Source of the DNA: a virus
Taxonomy: Duplodnaviria; Caudoviricetes
IMG/VR virus record: IMGVR_UViG_3300049063_000008
Span: 1 to 57,692 of that record
Strand: one strand, 5' to 3'
Length of the DNA stretch: 57,692 nucleotides
Shown here: positions 1 through 10,450 of the stretch, one piece after another
How positions within the stretch are numbered: the stretch's first letter is position 1
Layout: each line of letters starts with the position of its first letter
Notes under the pieces: generated by a model
What the model saw: the letters and a program-made list of their open reading frames with translations, nothing else
The model's database searches: none
Told to the model about the DNA's origin: nothing
Position numbers and translations under genes: made by a program

Positions 1-251
1 TCCTTCGACTAATTTCTTTTCAACGGTATTTGACCAGCCAGGAGTTGTAGGCGTAATTGGGAGCAAGGAGGCTATTGAAGAGACTTCCCGTCTAATGGAA
101 AGTAGAGCACATCTACAGGAGTTGCGTGTAGAGCTAGAACGCAGAGAACGACGACTACAGCGGTAGTACCACTACAGGAGAGAACAGGAGAGAGTGTTAT
201 GCCAGTTGGAACCGTAACATCAGAACCACAGCGTTTTGATCTAAAGTCGCT
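1..251. repeat. Terminal direct repeat, copy 1 (circular overlap)
   Basis: Identical to 57442-57692 except G128 vs A57569; cuts through the 57374..57607 gene and the start of the 199 gene. Confidence 0.95.
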
Positions 252-684
252 TCCGGGTAGTGCAGACGAAGAAGGCGGCTATATTCTTGCTCGACCGCTT
301 CCTTACGGTATGGTGCTAGAGCGTAGGGATAAGGGTACAAAGATGAGCATGGAGCAGGAAATTCAGCGTGGCCGCAGTAAGCGATCTAGACATCAGAACG
401 AGCCTGAAACACAGAAGATCGAACTTGAAACTCTTTCTTCGTGGACAGCACAGCACGACTTTGCCTATTGCATCGTAGATCACAACATTACAGATGCAAA
501 GGGTGTCAAGCTGGACTTTACTAATGCAATGGCAATCAAGGCTCTTGATCCAAAGATCGGCGGAGAAATTGAGCGTATCCTCCTAGAGCTTAATGAGCCA
601 GAGGAAGATGAAGAGACGATTGAGGATTTTACACAGTCGCATATCTCGTCTTTGCGAGAAAGTCCAGTACACTCAGCGAGTTAG
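199..684 (+). CDS. Tail assembly chaperone (G)
   Basis: Lies between tail tube and tape measure genes in the circular order; AGGAGAG RBS; slippery GGATTTT near the 3' end. Confidence 0.8.
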   Translation: MPVGTVTSEPQRFDLKSLPGSADEEGGYILARPLPYGMVLERRDKGTKMSMEQEIQRGRSKRSRHQNEPETQKIELETLSSWTAQHDFAYCIVDHNITDAKGVKLDFTNAMAIKALDPKIGGEIERILLELNEPEEDEETIEDFTQSHISSLRESPVHSAS

Positions 685-914
685 ACATTGAAGAATCGTT
701 CATCGTAGATGTTAGGCGATGGATTCGTATTGCATTGCTTTGCGAAGTCACTGGTTCTTTACCAAATCCCGGTGGATTGCTACAACAGAACGCCGGACAC
801 ATTTGGAGACTAGAACAAGTGTTTAGAGCAAGACACCAATACGAAAGCGATCAAATGTCACAGAAGTCCGGTGAACGTAAGAGTGATACCGAGGGACCGA
901 AAGGTAGACACTAG
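199..914 (+). CDS. Tail assembly chaperone G-T fusion via -1 frameshift at 624-630
   Basis: -1 frame is open 630-914 (YTVAYLVF...LPNPGGLLQQ...GRH*) and ends 6 nt before the tape measure ATG. Confidence 0.7.
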
Positions 915-920
915 TAAGTA

Positions 921-3900
921 ATGGCAAGGCATCTTTCAGAAATGATGCTCATTGTCAGAGCGCAGAATCAAGCCTCTGGCGCACTTAGACGCGTAGGCCG
1001 CGATCTTTCTGCTATGGGCAGACATCGCAATCTACAGATCCAACAGCAGAAAGTACTGTTGAATCAGCAGAACCTAATGCGCCAGAGGCAGCGCGCTCTA
1101 CGTGAACTCCAAAGTATCACACAGGGTTCACGCGCTCTAGGTCTACAGAGAGCGTCTGCTCAGATTGAGAAAGCACGTAATACTTTGCAGCAAAGGCGGA
1201 ATCGCCTATTGCTAGATCAGCAGGGTATTGCACAGACTATTGCGAATGCTCAGTCTCGTCTACAGAGAATCAATAACGACCTCTTCCGGAACGAAACTGC
1301 ACGTCTGCGGTTAGCTAACCGCTTACAGCAGGTTCAGGCACAAGAAGCAAACGCGCTTAAGCAGCGTCGCAATCTACAGGCAAGAGTAAGAAGGGGTACT
1401 GCTGATCCTGCCGGAGTAGCACCTATTACACAGGCGATCCAGGCTCTACGTCGTCAGTCTACAATTCTGGATCGTTCTCTACTGTCAAATGCAGATCGTC
1501 AGCGGGAGCTTGAACAAAGCTCCCGTTTGACGTCTAGGGCAATTGGCAACCAAGTTGCACGTTCAGCACTTCTTGGCAGACAGTGGAGAGCGACAGGAAG
1601 AGACGCTGAACTACTAGCGCAGCGTACGCAGCATGTTGCAGCACGACAACGTGAACTCGCATTACGAGCAAACGAAGTCCGAGCGCAACTTTCAGGAATC
1701 GCACAACGATACGCTATCGTCACTGCTCAACAGAATGCACTTAGCAAAGCTATCAGAGTTGAACGTTGGGAAAAGCTTTCTATCGCTGGTCGTACAATGC
1801 AGCATCTTGGCCGTGTTGGTCAGTATGCAACACTTGTGGTCGGTGCAGGATTAGGTCTAGCTGCACGACAAGCGGCAGAATTCAATAAACAGGCAACTCT
1901 CGTTGCTACGCAGGCTGGTACTGTTTCTGGGTCATTTGAAGAAGTTGCTACCAACGCAACTAAGATTGAAGCTGGCCTGCGGGCAATCTTGCCACAAACT
2001 ACGGCAACGCTAGATGAACTCAACAAGTCGGCCTACGAAGTATTTTCGAGCACCAACCTTGGTTCGCAAGGTGCTAAGGGTCTAGCCGCAGGTCTGAAAC
2101 TAGTTGGCCTGTTCTCTAAGGCTTCAATTGCGGGCCAAACTGATCTAACAAAGGTAACAGAAGCAGGCATCACTGTCTTTAACTCGTTCGGCAAAAACAT
2201 CAACAAGATGCCGAAGATTATGAACCGCATGTTCGCTGCGGTTCGTTTCGGTCGTTTCACATTTGAGGAACTATCGGCTTCGATGTCTCAGATTGCTCCT
2301 GCGGCAGTTGCAGCAAATCAGTCTTTCGATACAGTTGCAGGTTCAGCGGCATTCCTCTCTAGGCATATTCCCGCTGTAGGCATGATGAGAGCAGCTTTTG
2401 CTCGTTCTCTAGAAATGCTCAACATGCCCGACTTCGTAGACGGAATGAAGAAAGCCGGAGTTGCAGTGCGTGATGCTAGTGGTAGAATGCGACCACTCAA
2501 TCAGGTTATCGGAGATATCGTTAAGCGATTCCCCGAACTAAAAGCCGGAACAAAGGATGTTCAGTCATTCTACAAGGAAATTACAGCAGAGGGCGGTGGA
2601 GGTAAAGGCCGTGTAGGAACAATTCAGGGTCGTCGCGCACTTACCTTCTATTTCCGCTTCTTCGACCAGTACAAGAAACTCCTTGGTCAGACCATCCAGC
2701 CCCAAAACTCCTTCAACCGCGCACTTGCGGCAATGGAAACCACCACAGGGGTTAGGTGGGAGAAGTTCCTAAATCAGCTTCGCGCATTTGCACTAATGAT
2801 CGGTAGTGCTGTCCTGCCAGAACTTCTCAAACTAGCGCCACACATTACAAAAATCACGGATTATCTAAGAGACATGGATGGTGCGCTACGTGGCGATATT
2901 GTGCGTTGGATTGCATACGGAGTAGCAATTACCGGAGTAGCATCTGCACTAGCTTTCATCCTTGGCCCACTTATCCGACTAGCCGCAATGCTCGGTAAGA
3001 ATCGGCTTCTCTTCCTCGGCATGGGATCTGTAGCAATCGGAGTTGTAGCAGCTATTGCTCTATTGCGCGGCGAGTGGGACGGTCTTAACACTATTGTATC
3101 TGCGTTCTTTAACCTCACAGATCAAGGTGCGTGGGGTTGGGTTGCAATGTTCAGTATTGCCACTGTGGGAGCCTTTAAACTCGTAAAGGCCATTAATGCT
3201 GTAAGAACAGCGTGGATTGCATCTATGGCAGTTACTACTGCTGGAACTGCTGCTAGTAGTCTAGGTGGAATGGCAGCTATGTTCGGTAGAGGTAGAAGAA
3301 TGGCTAGCGATGTCCGTGGTGCTAGCTCTATCGTTAAAGAAACTTCTCGCAATGCCGGTAAACTGCGTGGTCTACTTGCAGGTGCAGGATTAGCAGCAAT
3401 GGCTATCCCTGGGCCACTGTGGATTGCAGCAGGAGCAATCGGAGTAGCAGCCGGTGGAGCCTTCCTTTGGCAGCGTTATCAGAAGTCCATCGCAAAAGAT
3501 GCAGAAAGAGCACAAGCTGCTATCCAGCATACTAGAGCGACGGCGGTTGCACCACAAATTCAAGCAGCCGACTTAGGAAATCTCGGCTCTCGGATTATGG
3601 ATGCTCGGAAGCTAGGAATTGAGTATAAGCGCCAAGAGCTAAATCTCAAAATGCTGCGTACTCAATTCAAAGGTGCCACTGGCGATCAAAAGAAGATGCT
3701 CGGCCTAGACATTCAGGATGCGGCTATTCGTGTAGCTGAATACTATCGCATGTGGCATGTTGCTATTGCTAAGGTAAGACAAACTGCTCCACAGTTGACG
3801 AACGCGATTAGGTCGCAAGCTTTAGTAATCCAGGAAGAAGGAAGAATTAGGTCACAGATCGTAGATGTAGAAAAGCGTCTTGCTGCTGCTCGAAAGATTG

Positions 3901-6512
3901 CGAACGTTCAGAGCAGGGGTAGCAACAGTATTGCTAAATCGAATGTACGAGATATTCAGCGCGAGCTTACTACTCTGCGAACACAGTTACAGCTTACAAA
4001 ATCAAGCGCAGGAGCTACTGCTAATACGATCAGAAGCAGCTTCGGGAAAGTAGTCCGTGATCTACAAGCTGGTGCCTTATTGCCAAGAAAGATCCCAAAG
4101 GGTGCAATTGATGCAATGATTCAAACTGCTCTCGGTCGTGGTAGAATGTTAACCATCCCTGAGATTAGAGCAGTAATCAAAGCATATGTAGACAAGGGAG
4201 CACTAGCAAGAGCTAAGGGAGATATCCAAGCTGCGGTTAAGACTGTGAAGGTAGACCTACGTATCGCAAAACTGCAAACTAGGTCAACAAATCTACAAAA
4301 GCAGCTACGCGCAGCTATTCATGCAGGTGAAACTGGTGAAGCGGCAGAAATTAGAACGAAGCTTTCGGGAGTGAAGGAAGCGATCAAGAACGCTAAGGCT
4401 GCAAGAGCGAACATCGCTGCTACTTTCCGCAAGATTATTACTCAGCGCGTTAACGTTAAAGTCAATCCTGCGAATACACAGCCGCTTGGTCTTGCAATCT
4501 CCAATGGTATCGCTGCTGGTATTAGAGCCGGCTTCCCCAACATTGATGCAGCAATTGGAGAACTACAGGCTAAGACTCTACGAGCAGCACAATTGAAGTT
4601 TGAGGTAGGTTCACCGTCTAGACTGTTTGAGCGCGAAATCGGCGCTCCAATCATTGACGGTATGATTAAGGGTATTCTCAACAAAGAGAAGATCGAACGA
4701 GCAGCGACTCTAACTATGACGCTGTTTGCTGGTGCCTTCATGCAGAAGCGTCAGGAACTAATCGACAACAATGACAAGTTCGATCCCTTAAAGCTAGAGA
4801 AGCTAGAGCAGCAGGCAGAAGATGCCAGAGCGCGATATGGGAAGAAGAAGCGAAATATCGACTTAATCCGCGCTAAGGAGTACGAGCGCAAAGCAGCAGA
4901 AATGCGTAAGCACGCAAAGAAGCTTACAGTTGCGGATCTAATCAAGGATACCCGGCAACAGGCCAAGGAATTCAAGATTTTCAACAACGCCTTGAAGTCA
5001 TTGTCTATCCGAATTCCAGCACAGATGCTAGAGGATCTACGCGGACTAGGAATTGAGGGTTTGCAGTACATCAAGCTACTAGCAAACGCAACCCCACAGC
5101 AGTTGAAGAAGATGGTAAATGCATGGAAGGCTATGCAGGCGCAGATCAAGCGTTCTCAGACAGCTTCTATCGCAGATACCAAGGAATTCAACGCGGCACA
5201 GAAAGAACAGCTAAAGGAACTAACCGATACTGCGGCGCAGACTCTCCTAGATAAGTGGAACGAGCTAAAGCAGCGCAATATCCAGCAATTCGGAGAGTTG
5301 TTCGGTGGGCCTACCAATCTAGGTGATCGTATCGGACAAAGTTTTGATGATGCTATCAAACAGTACGACGATGCTGTTAAGGATTTCAACGATCAGATTG
5401 ATGCCCTACTAGATCAGGTTAACGATCTGCACACACAGGCACTAAAGCAGCGCACAGAGGAACTACAGCAAGCATTCGGCACACTGTTCGGCGGACAGTG
5501 GATGCAGGATGTAATGAGCGTTAATGCAGATTGGGGTATTGCTCCTACATTCAACGACCTGTTCACAGACCTGCAAAGCCAGTTAGAGAGATTCAACACT
5601 TGGCGAGAAACTCTAGCTTCGCTTGCCTCTAAGGTGCCACCAGAGCTAGCAGCACAACTAGAAGCTTTAGGGCCAGAAGCAATCCAGAGCCTACAGGCTC
5701 TCAATGGTGCAACCGCCGAGCAAATCGCACAGTACATTGCGCTATGGCAGCAAGCGCAAGGTCAGATTGGTGCAACAGCAGGAGCTACCTATCAGACCTC
5801 AGAATTTGCTTCACAGCTAGCCGAACTCAATTCACAGATTCTTGCAGTACGTGAGCAAATGGCACTCTTGCAGAAGCCACTTGCAGTTACGGGACAAGAC
5901 GTAATTGCTGATCTGGATGCACAAATCGGCAAGTGGACTGAATATGAAACAATGCTAACTGAGTTGAAGAATAGGGGAGTCCCACTTGCCCTAATTGCAC
6001 AGCTACGCGATATGGGTCCAGAAGCCCTGCCTTATCTACAGGCTCTCAATACTCTGACTAACGAACAGCTCATCAGTGGACCCAATTCGTTCGTAGGCAA
6101 GTGGAAAGAGGCTAATCGCCTAATCAACGAATCCACCAATACTGCTATGAACGAGCAGTTGAAAATGTGGTATAGTCACGGAGCGAATATCGCTTCGGCT
6201 CTCATCGCAGGCGTAGCTTCTGAGCAACAGGCACTACTAGACTTCTTTGGGAAACTATTCCGCAATCTCTTGGAAGGAAAATTCCCCACTATTCCTGGTA
6301 CGGCTACAGGTGGCGGTACTCAGGGCTATATGTATAGTAGCGATCCAGATTCAAGTGCCCGTCGAGCAGCAGACTATACACCCCCGGCTAATAGCACCTA
6401 CAGCACCAATACACAGTCTACCGTGAATCTAACTGTAAATGCCCATCAGGATGAAGAACTGATGAGTACGATGGAACGTGCCCTATTTAGACTTAGGAAC
6501 AGATCAGAATGA
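921..6512 (+). CDS. Tape measure protein
   Basis: 1863 aa, Ala/Leu/Gln-rich helical protein, TP901-like core, central hydrophobic segments, follows the chaperone. Confidence 0.93.
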   Translation: MARHLSEMMLIVRAQNQASGALRRVGRDLSAMGRHRNLQIQQQKVLLNQQNLMRQRQRALRELQSITQGSRALGLQRASAQIEKARNTLQQRRNRLLLDQQGIAQTIANAQSRLQRINNDLFRNETARLRLANRLQQVQAQEANALKQRRNLQARVRRGTADPAGVAPITQAIQALRRQSTILDRSLLSNADRQRELEQSSRLTSRAIGNQVARSALLGRQWRATGRDAELLAQRTQHVAARQRELALRANEVRAQLSGIAQRYAIVTAQQNALSKAIRVERWEKLSIAGRTMQHLGRVGQYATLVVGAGLGLAARQAAEFNKQATLVATQAGTVSGSFEEVATNATKIEAGLRAILPQTTATLDELNKSAYEVFSSTNLGSQGAKGLAAGLKLVGLFSKASIAGQTDLTKVTEAGITVFNSFGKNINKMPKIMNRMFAAVRFGRFTFEELSASMSQIAPAAVAANQSFDTVAGSAAFLSRHIPAVGMMRAAFARSLEMLNMPDFVDGMKKAGVAVRDASGRMRPLNQVIGDIVKRFPELKAGTKDVQSFYKEITAEGGGGKGRVGTIQGRRALTFYFRFFDQYKKLLGQTIQPQNSFNRALAAMETTTGVRWEKFLNQLRAFALMIGSAVLPELLKLAPHITKITDYLRDMDGALRGDIVRWIAYGVAITGVASALAFILGPLIRLAAMLGKNRLLFLGMGSVAIGVVAAIALLRGEWDGLNTIVSAFFNLTDQGAWGWVAMFSIATVGAFKLVKAINAVRTAWIASMAVTTAGTAASSLGGMAAMFGRGRRMASDVRGASSIVKETSRNAGKLRGLLAGAGLAAMAIPGPLWIAAGAIGVAAGGAFLWQRYQKSIAKDAERAQAAIQHTRATAVAPQIQAADLGNLGSRIMDARKLGIEYKRQELNLKMLRTQFKGATGDQKKMLGLDIQDAAIRVAEYYRMWHVAIAKVRQTAPQLTNAIRSQALVIQEEGRIRSQIVDVEKRLAAARKIANVQSRGSNSIAKSNVRDIQRELTTLRTQLQLTKSSAGATANTIRSSFGKVVRDLQAGALLPRKIPKGAIDAMIQTALGRGRMLTIPEIRAVIKAYVDKGALARAKGDIQAAVKTVKVDLRIAKLQTRSTNLQKQLRAAIHAGETGEAAEIRTKLSGVKEAIKNAKAARANIAATFRKIITQRVNVKVNPANTQPLGLAISNGIAAGIRAGFPNIDAAIGELQAKTLRAAQLKFEVGSPSRLFEREIGAPIIDGMIKGILNKEKIERAATLTMTLFAGAFMQKRQELIDNNDKFDPLKLEKLEQQAEDARARYGKKKRNIDLIRAKEYERKAAEMRKHAKKLTVADLIKDTRQQAKEFKIFNNALKSLSIRIPAQMLEDLRGLGIEGLQYIKLLANATPQQLKKMVNAWKAMQAQIKRSQTASIADTKEFNAAQKEQLKELTDTAAQTLLDKWNELKQRNIQQFGELFGGPTNLGDRIGQSFDDAIKQYDDAVKDFNDQIDALLDQVNDLHTQALKQRTEELQQAFGTLFGGQWMQDVMSVNADWGIAPTFNDLFTDLQSQLERFNTWRETLASLASKVPPELAAQLEALGPEAIQSLQALNGATAEQIAQYIALWQQAQGQIGATAGATYQTSEFASQLAELNSQILAVREQMALLQKPLAVTGQDVIADLDAQIGKWTEYETMLTELKNRGVPLALIAQLRDMGPEALPYLQALNTLTNEQLISGPNSFVGKWKEANRLINESTNTAMNEQLKMWYSHGANIASALIAGVASEQQALLDFFGKLFRNLLEGKFPTIPGTATGGGTQGYMYSSDPDSSARRAADYTPPANSTYSTNTQSTVNLTVNAHQDEELMSTMERALFRLRNRSE

Positions 6513-7393
6513 TCGAGTCAGCTAGGTTCACTAACGTCAGTGGTCAGTACGTAGACCTAAATGATGATGACATTCCGTTCAAGCAGTTCACGACAGAAGT
6601 GTCTGTACGTATGACGGAGCGTGAGAAATCGCAACAGCATGGTATCTATCCGTCTAACACTTATCTAGGCAAGCGCCTGTTCCACTGCGAGGGTGATCTA
6701 TTTGCGGATACCAGCGGTAGCTACATCACAAAGAGATTAGCCCTAGTTGGTGCGTTAATGCCAAAACCGCATCACGGCTTTAAGCACGCGGGAGTACTAG
6801 AGATTCTCTTTACTGGTATGGGCGAAACTCTATCAACTGAATGCACAATTGATGGTTGGCCCGAACTGCCGATGGAGGGTGGGCTAGCGGCTCGTTCAAG
6901 CTTCCTCGTTAACTTCAAGAGCTTTGATCCTAGGCTATACGGAGTTGAGCAGGTACAGAACATCAACTTCCTACAGGGCGAGAACTTTGGTGGTCTAGAC
7001 TTCGACTTTACGTTCCCGTTTGATTTTGCCGGTGGTACGGAGAGCATTAACGATGTAGCTATCGTTAACAGCGGCAATATCGAAACATACCCTGTGGTGG
7101 TTTTCCATGGTCAGTGCATCGACCCGCAGTTAATCCTCACTCGCAATGATGGTACGGTTCACTATTTCCGTATGCTAGGTTTGACAATTCCAGCAGGCTA
7201 TACAGCAACAGTAGACTTTCTTCGTAGGACGGCAGTTATGAGTGATGGTACTAATCTCTACAACTATGCTGTAGATTCTGACTGGTGGGCATTAGAGCCT
7301 GCACCATCAACTAACACTGTTCGTTTTGCAGTTGCAAGTGCGATTGCGCCAGCTAAAGCAGTACTCACCTGGCGTAATGCTTACATGATCTAG
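6509..7393 (+). CDS. Distal tail (Dit-like) minor tail protein
   Basis: Directly after TMP; DPRLYG, NSGNIETYPV and C-terminal WRNAY motifs typical of siphovirus Dit. Confidence 0.8.
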   Translation: MIESARFTNVSGQYVDLNDDDIPFKQFTTEVSVRMTEREKSQQHGIYPSNTYLGKRLFHCEGDLFADTSGSYITKRLALVGALMPKPHHGFKHAGVLEILFTGMGETLSTECTIDGWPELPMEGGLAARSSFLVNFKSFDPRLYGVEQVQNINFLQGENFGGLDFDFTFPFDFAGGTESINDVAIVNSGNIETYPVVVFHGQCIDPQLILTRNDGTVHYFRMLGLTIPAGYTATVDFLRRTAVMSDGTNLYNYAVDSDWWALEPAPSTNTVRFAVASAIAPAKAVLTWRNAYMI

Positions 7394-7407
7394 GGGAAGG
7401 AAGAAGT

Positions 7408-8391
7408 ATGGCAGTATATCCGCAATCCGTCTTATCTCCTGATCCTCTTTGGCTACAGTCTAAGAGCTATGATGCTCGTTCTCTCCGTAAGCCGTTTTCG
7501 GATATTCTGTCGCCAGGTGTCGAGGATGCAGCAAGTTTCGCTGTAACCATTAACTCGGGTCTACAGCTAAGTATTGCAGCAGGAACAGCATATGTGCTTG
7601 GTCAGAACGTAACTGACCAGGGACTCTATCGGCAGTATACCACCGCTGCTGTTCTTGTTACGGCTAATGCCCATCATGCAACATTGCCTCGAATCGACCA
7701 GGTAATTCTCCGTATCATGGACAATGCCCACGATGGATCTACATTCAATGAAGCTCGTATTGAGATTGTACCTGGTACTGCAACAGCCGGTGCTACTCTC
7801 GATAACCGTAACGGGGCAGCCAACCTGACAACTCTTGGTGAAGCTTCAAAGAGTGTTCTACTACTGGCAGATGTTCTAGTACCTGCAACCTCGGGTGCTG
7901 TTACTGTGCGTGATAGACGCGCACAGGCTAGACTATTAGTACAGGGTGCTCTTCCAGCGGGTACTAGCATTGAGTATAACGGTGCCGGTACTCCCGCAGG
8001 TGGCTTCTTCCCCGAAGATGGTTCTGCTATTAGTCGATTCACCTACAGCGAGCTATTTGCCGCAATTGGTACATTGTGGGGAGCAGGTGACGGAAGTACT
8101 ACATTTGCCGTACCGGATAAACGCGGTCGTACCTCAGTAGGTAAGGGTACTCACACAGATGTTGATACTGTTGGTAAGACCGACGGCGTTGCAGTTGGTA
8201 CTCGTCGCATGGCTCACGGACATACAAATGACCTTTCCCTTGGAGTTTCAAATACCGTTGGCGGAAATCAGGTATATAACGGTACGACGGGGAATGTTCA
8301 GTATAACGTCAATTTCTCGGGGGGCGTCGGTGTTACTGGAATGGTCAATACTCCTGCCTTTGCTGTATGCGCGAAATGGATTAAATACTAA
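7408..8391 (+). CDS. Tail fibre / minor tail protein with tail collar domain
   Basis: PAGT...DGSAISRFTYSELFAAIGTLWGAGDGSTTFAVPDKRGR is the tail-collar signature. Confidence 0.85.
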   Translation: MAVYPQSVLSPDPLWLQSKSYDARSLRKPFSDILSPGVEDAASFAVTINSGLQLSIAAGTAYVLGQNVTDQGLYRQYTTAAVLVTANAHHATLPRIDQVILRIMDNAHDGSTFNEARIEIVPGTATAGATLDNRNGAANLTTLGEASKSVLLLADVLVPATSGAVTVRDRRAQARLLVQGALPAGTSIEYNGAGTPAGGFFPEDGSAISRFTYSELFAAIGTLWGAGDGSTTFAVPDKRGRTSVGKGTHTDVDTVGKTDGVAVGTRRMAHGHTNDLSLGVSNTVGGNQVYNGTTGNVQYNVNFSGGVGVTGMVNTPAFAVCAKWIKY

Positions 8392-8696
8392 TGACTACAC
8401 TAGATCAGCACATCCTGCACATTATGTCTCAGCAAGTTAAAGGCTACCTCATTAATCCAAATGCCGCAGCGTTTGTTGCTGCTGGTTTAGATGATATTGA
8501 GGCTATTGAGGAATCCTTAAAGAAGATGCTTGATAAAGGCTTAGTTGAGTACATCGTAGAAGAGACTGACTATGAACGTCGGAACTTTACTCCGAGTGAA
8601 GATGATCCAAAACTAGGAACAGTTGAAGTTGAACAGTACAGCGAAGTTACTGACTTCGGATGGGTACTTACTGAGAAAGGCCGTAAGGCGATTTAG
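8391..8696 (+). CDS. Hypothetical protein (tail module)
   Basis: Translationally coupled ORF. Confidence 0.65.
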   Translation: MTTLDQHILHIMSQQVKGYLINPNAAAFVAAGLDDIEAIEESLKKMLDKGLVEYIVEETDYERRNFTPSEDDPKLGTVEVEQYSEVTDFGWVLTEKGRKAI

Positions 8697-9772
8697 TGGC
8701 ACACGATTACCACCCTTGGACGGTAAGGCACTACAACCACGCAGGTATTGCGTTGGGCGAAGCCTTCCCACAGGGGTTGTCGTTTGGTAAGTATCTTGGT
8801 GCTAAGATAGGCTCTATCAGTTACGTACTCGATTTAGACCAAGACCTAGCTGTACGTAGTAAGACGAATCCCTACATTACAGACTTCGCGCTCTTTAGAG
8901 GGCACGAAGGTGATATGACGAAAATTCTTGGGGGAATGCACACATCTATTTCTCTAAGTGAAATTGAGGGTAGAGGACTTAATGTAGCAGGTAAGGATTG
9001 GTGGCATTACTTTGAAAAGGAAGAGTGGCCCTTCGATCCTGCCAATCCACTGCTTTATCGTTATCAGCAAGTTGGTCGGGATATTGCTCTAATTGTTGAT
9101 GATATCCTCGATACTGTACTTGCTCAGCCCAACGCTCTAGCATTCACCTATACCTTAGCAGCAATTGGTCAGACTACCAACTATCGTATCGAACCTGCTG
9201 ATACTGAGAAGATCATCAACAAACTAGACGGGCTTTCAAAGCTTAGTCCAGGCTTTGATCTAGAGATTACTCCTGATAGAGAAATCAAGCTCTATAGCCC
9301 GCAAAAGACTAGAACGCTAACGGGCTTTGCTCTACGACAGGGGCACAATTGTGAAAACTTCTCCTATACAGAGAACGGTCCACAAGCTACGCACTTGCGA
9401 GGCTTTGCCCAAGGTGCAACCCGTCTGGGCTATATTTACAACGATGCAGCGCAAGCTGCCTATCGTAGAATTACCGAGTCGATTGAGTTTGCAGATGTAA
9501 GAGAACAGACACTACTACAAAGCCGAACAACTGCTGAGGGTTTACGACAAGCTGCTCCTGCTATTGAATTCTCGTGCAGTTACATCAATGTTGATGATGA
9601 TACAGATATTTGGACGCAAGTTGAACTAGGCGATAAGATCCACGTTTATGCAGAACTTGAATATGACACGCTTAATACCCACTTCCGACTTGTAGGAATG
9701 GAATGTAGTCCTACAGACGAGGGTGACGAGGAAGTTACCCTAACATTTGATGATGGATCGCTCTCGCTCTAA
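8696..9772 (+). CDS. Minor tail protein (Tal/hub, gp37-like)
   Basis: Position and size; C-terminal ELGDKIHV...RLVGM...EEVTLTF pattern. Confidence 0.75.
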   Translation: MAHDYHPWTVRHYNHAGIALGEAFPQGLSFGKYLGAKIGSISYVLDLDQDLAVRSKTNPYITDFALFRGHEGDMTKILGGMHTSISLSEIEGRGLNVAGKDWWHYFEKEEWPFDPANPLLYRYQQVGRDIALIVDDILDTVLAQPNALAFTYTLAAIGQTTNYRIEPADTEKIINKLDGLSKLSPGFDLEITPDREIKLYSPQKTRTLTGFALRQGHNCENFSYTENGPQATHLRGFAQGATRLGYIYNDAAQAAYRRITESIEFADVREQTLLQSRTTAEGLRQAAPAIEFSCSYINVDDDTDIWTQVELGDKIHVYAELEYDTLNTHFRLVGMECSPTDEGDEEVTLTFDDGSLSL

Positions 9773-10190
9773 ACCCGACATCTTCCGTCATATTACGCGC
9801 GATCTAACAGATGTGCGTAGTGGATTGATTGCGCTTCAAAACCGCGATCAGTCAATCAACTGGATTGCTGCTACATTGCTCAACTCTTGGGTTAACTTCT
9901 CCACAGGGTCAGACGGAAATCACCTTGCAGCCTATAGCCGTGATAGCAATGGTATTGTCAGATTGCGCGGAGTAATCAAAACTGGCGCAATTGGTACAGT
10001 AGCATTAACTCTGCCGCAGGGGTTCCGCCCTGGTACTAGTGCAGTTAATCAGGGTATTATGCGTATTCCTGTGGTGTCTGCTGGCTCATTTGGTTACGTG
10101 ACTATTGAATACGATGGTGATGTAATCATTGCGGCTGGTAGTAATACATGGGTTGATCTAGCAGGCGTACAATTTAGGGCAGAACTATAA
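9753..10190 (+). CDS. Minor tail protein / fibre tip
   Basis: LLNSWVN...GIVRLRGVIK...LPQGFRP...DGDV...WVDL beta domain common in tail proteins; start could be 9747-9753. Confidence 0.7.
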   Translation: MDRSRSKPDIFRHITRDLTDVRSGLIALQNRDQSINWIAATLLNSWVNFSTGSDGNHLAAYSRDSNGIVRLRGVIKTGAIGTVALTLPQGFRPGTSAVNQGIMRIPVVSAGSFGYVTIEYDGDVIIAAGSNTWVDLAGVQFRAEL

Positions 10191-10450
10191 TGCCTGGATT
10201 AACACCACAAGAGCAAGTATTGGTAGAACGAATTGAACTTGCTATTGATAATCCGAATGAACCACCAGGAGAAGGTTTTGCTCCAAGATTAATGGTAGCT
10301 CTGTTCAGGCGAATTGTAAATCTGCGCGACTTTGCCGCCGCACAAGCTGTGCGTAATGCACAGGTGAATGAAGAACTCGTAGAACTGCGGCAGTTAATTG
10401 TTGATCTAACAACCAGGGTCGAAACACTAGAGGGGCCACCACCACCATGA
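10190..10450 (+). CDS. Hypothetical coiled-coil protein
   Basis: Coupled ORF with C-terminal heptads. Confidence 0.6.
   Translation: MPGLTPQEQVLVERIELAIDNPNEPPGEGFAPRLMVALFRRIVNLRDFAAAQAVRNAQVNEELVELRQLIVDLTTRVETLEGPPPP

Noticed and set aside
1499-5737. Antisense ORFs within the tape measure gene, and similar shadows in pol, primase and protease
   Set aside because: Shadow frames of long coding genes, with no RBS or motifs
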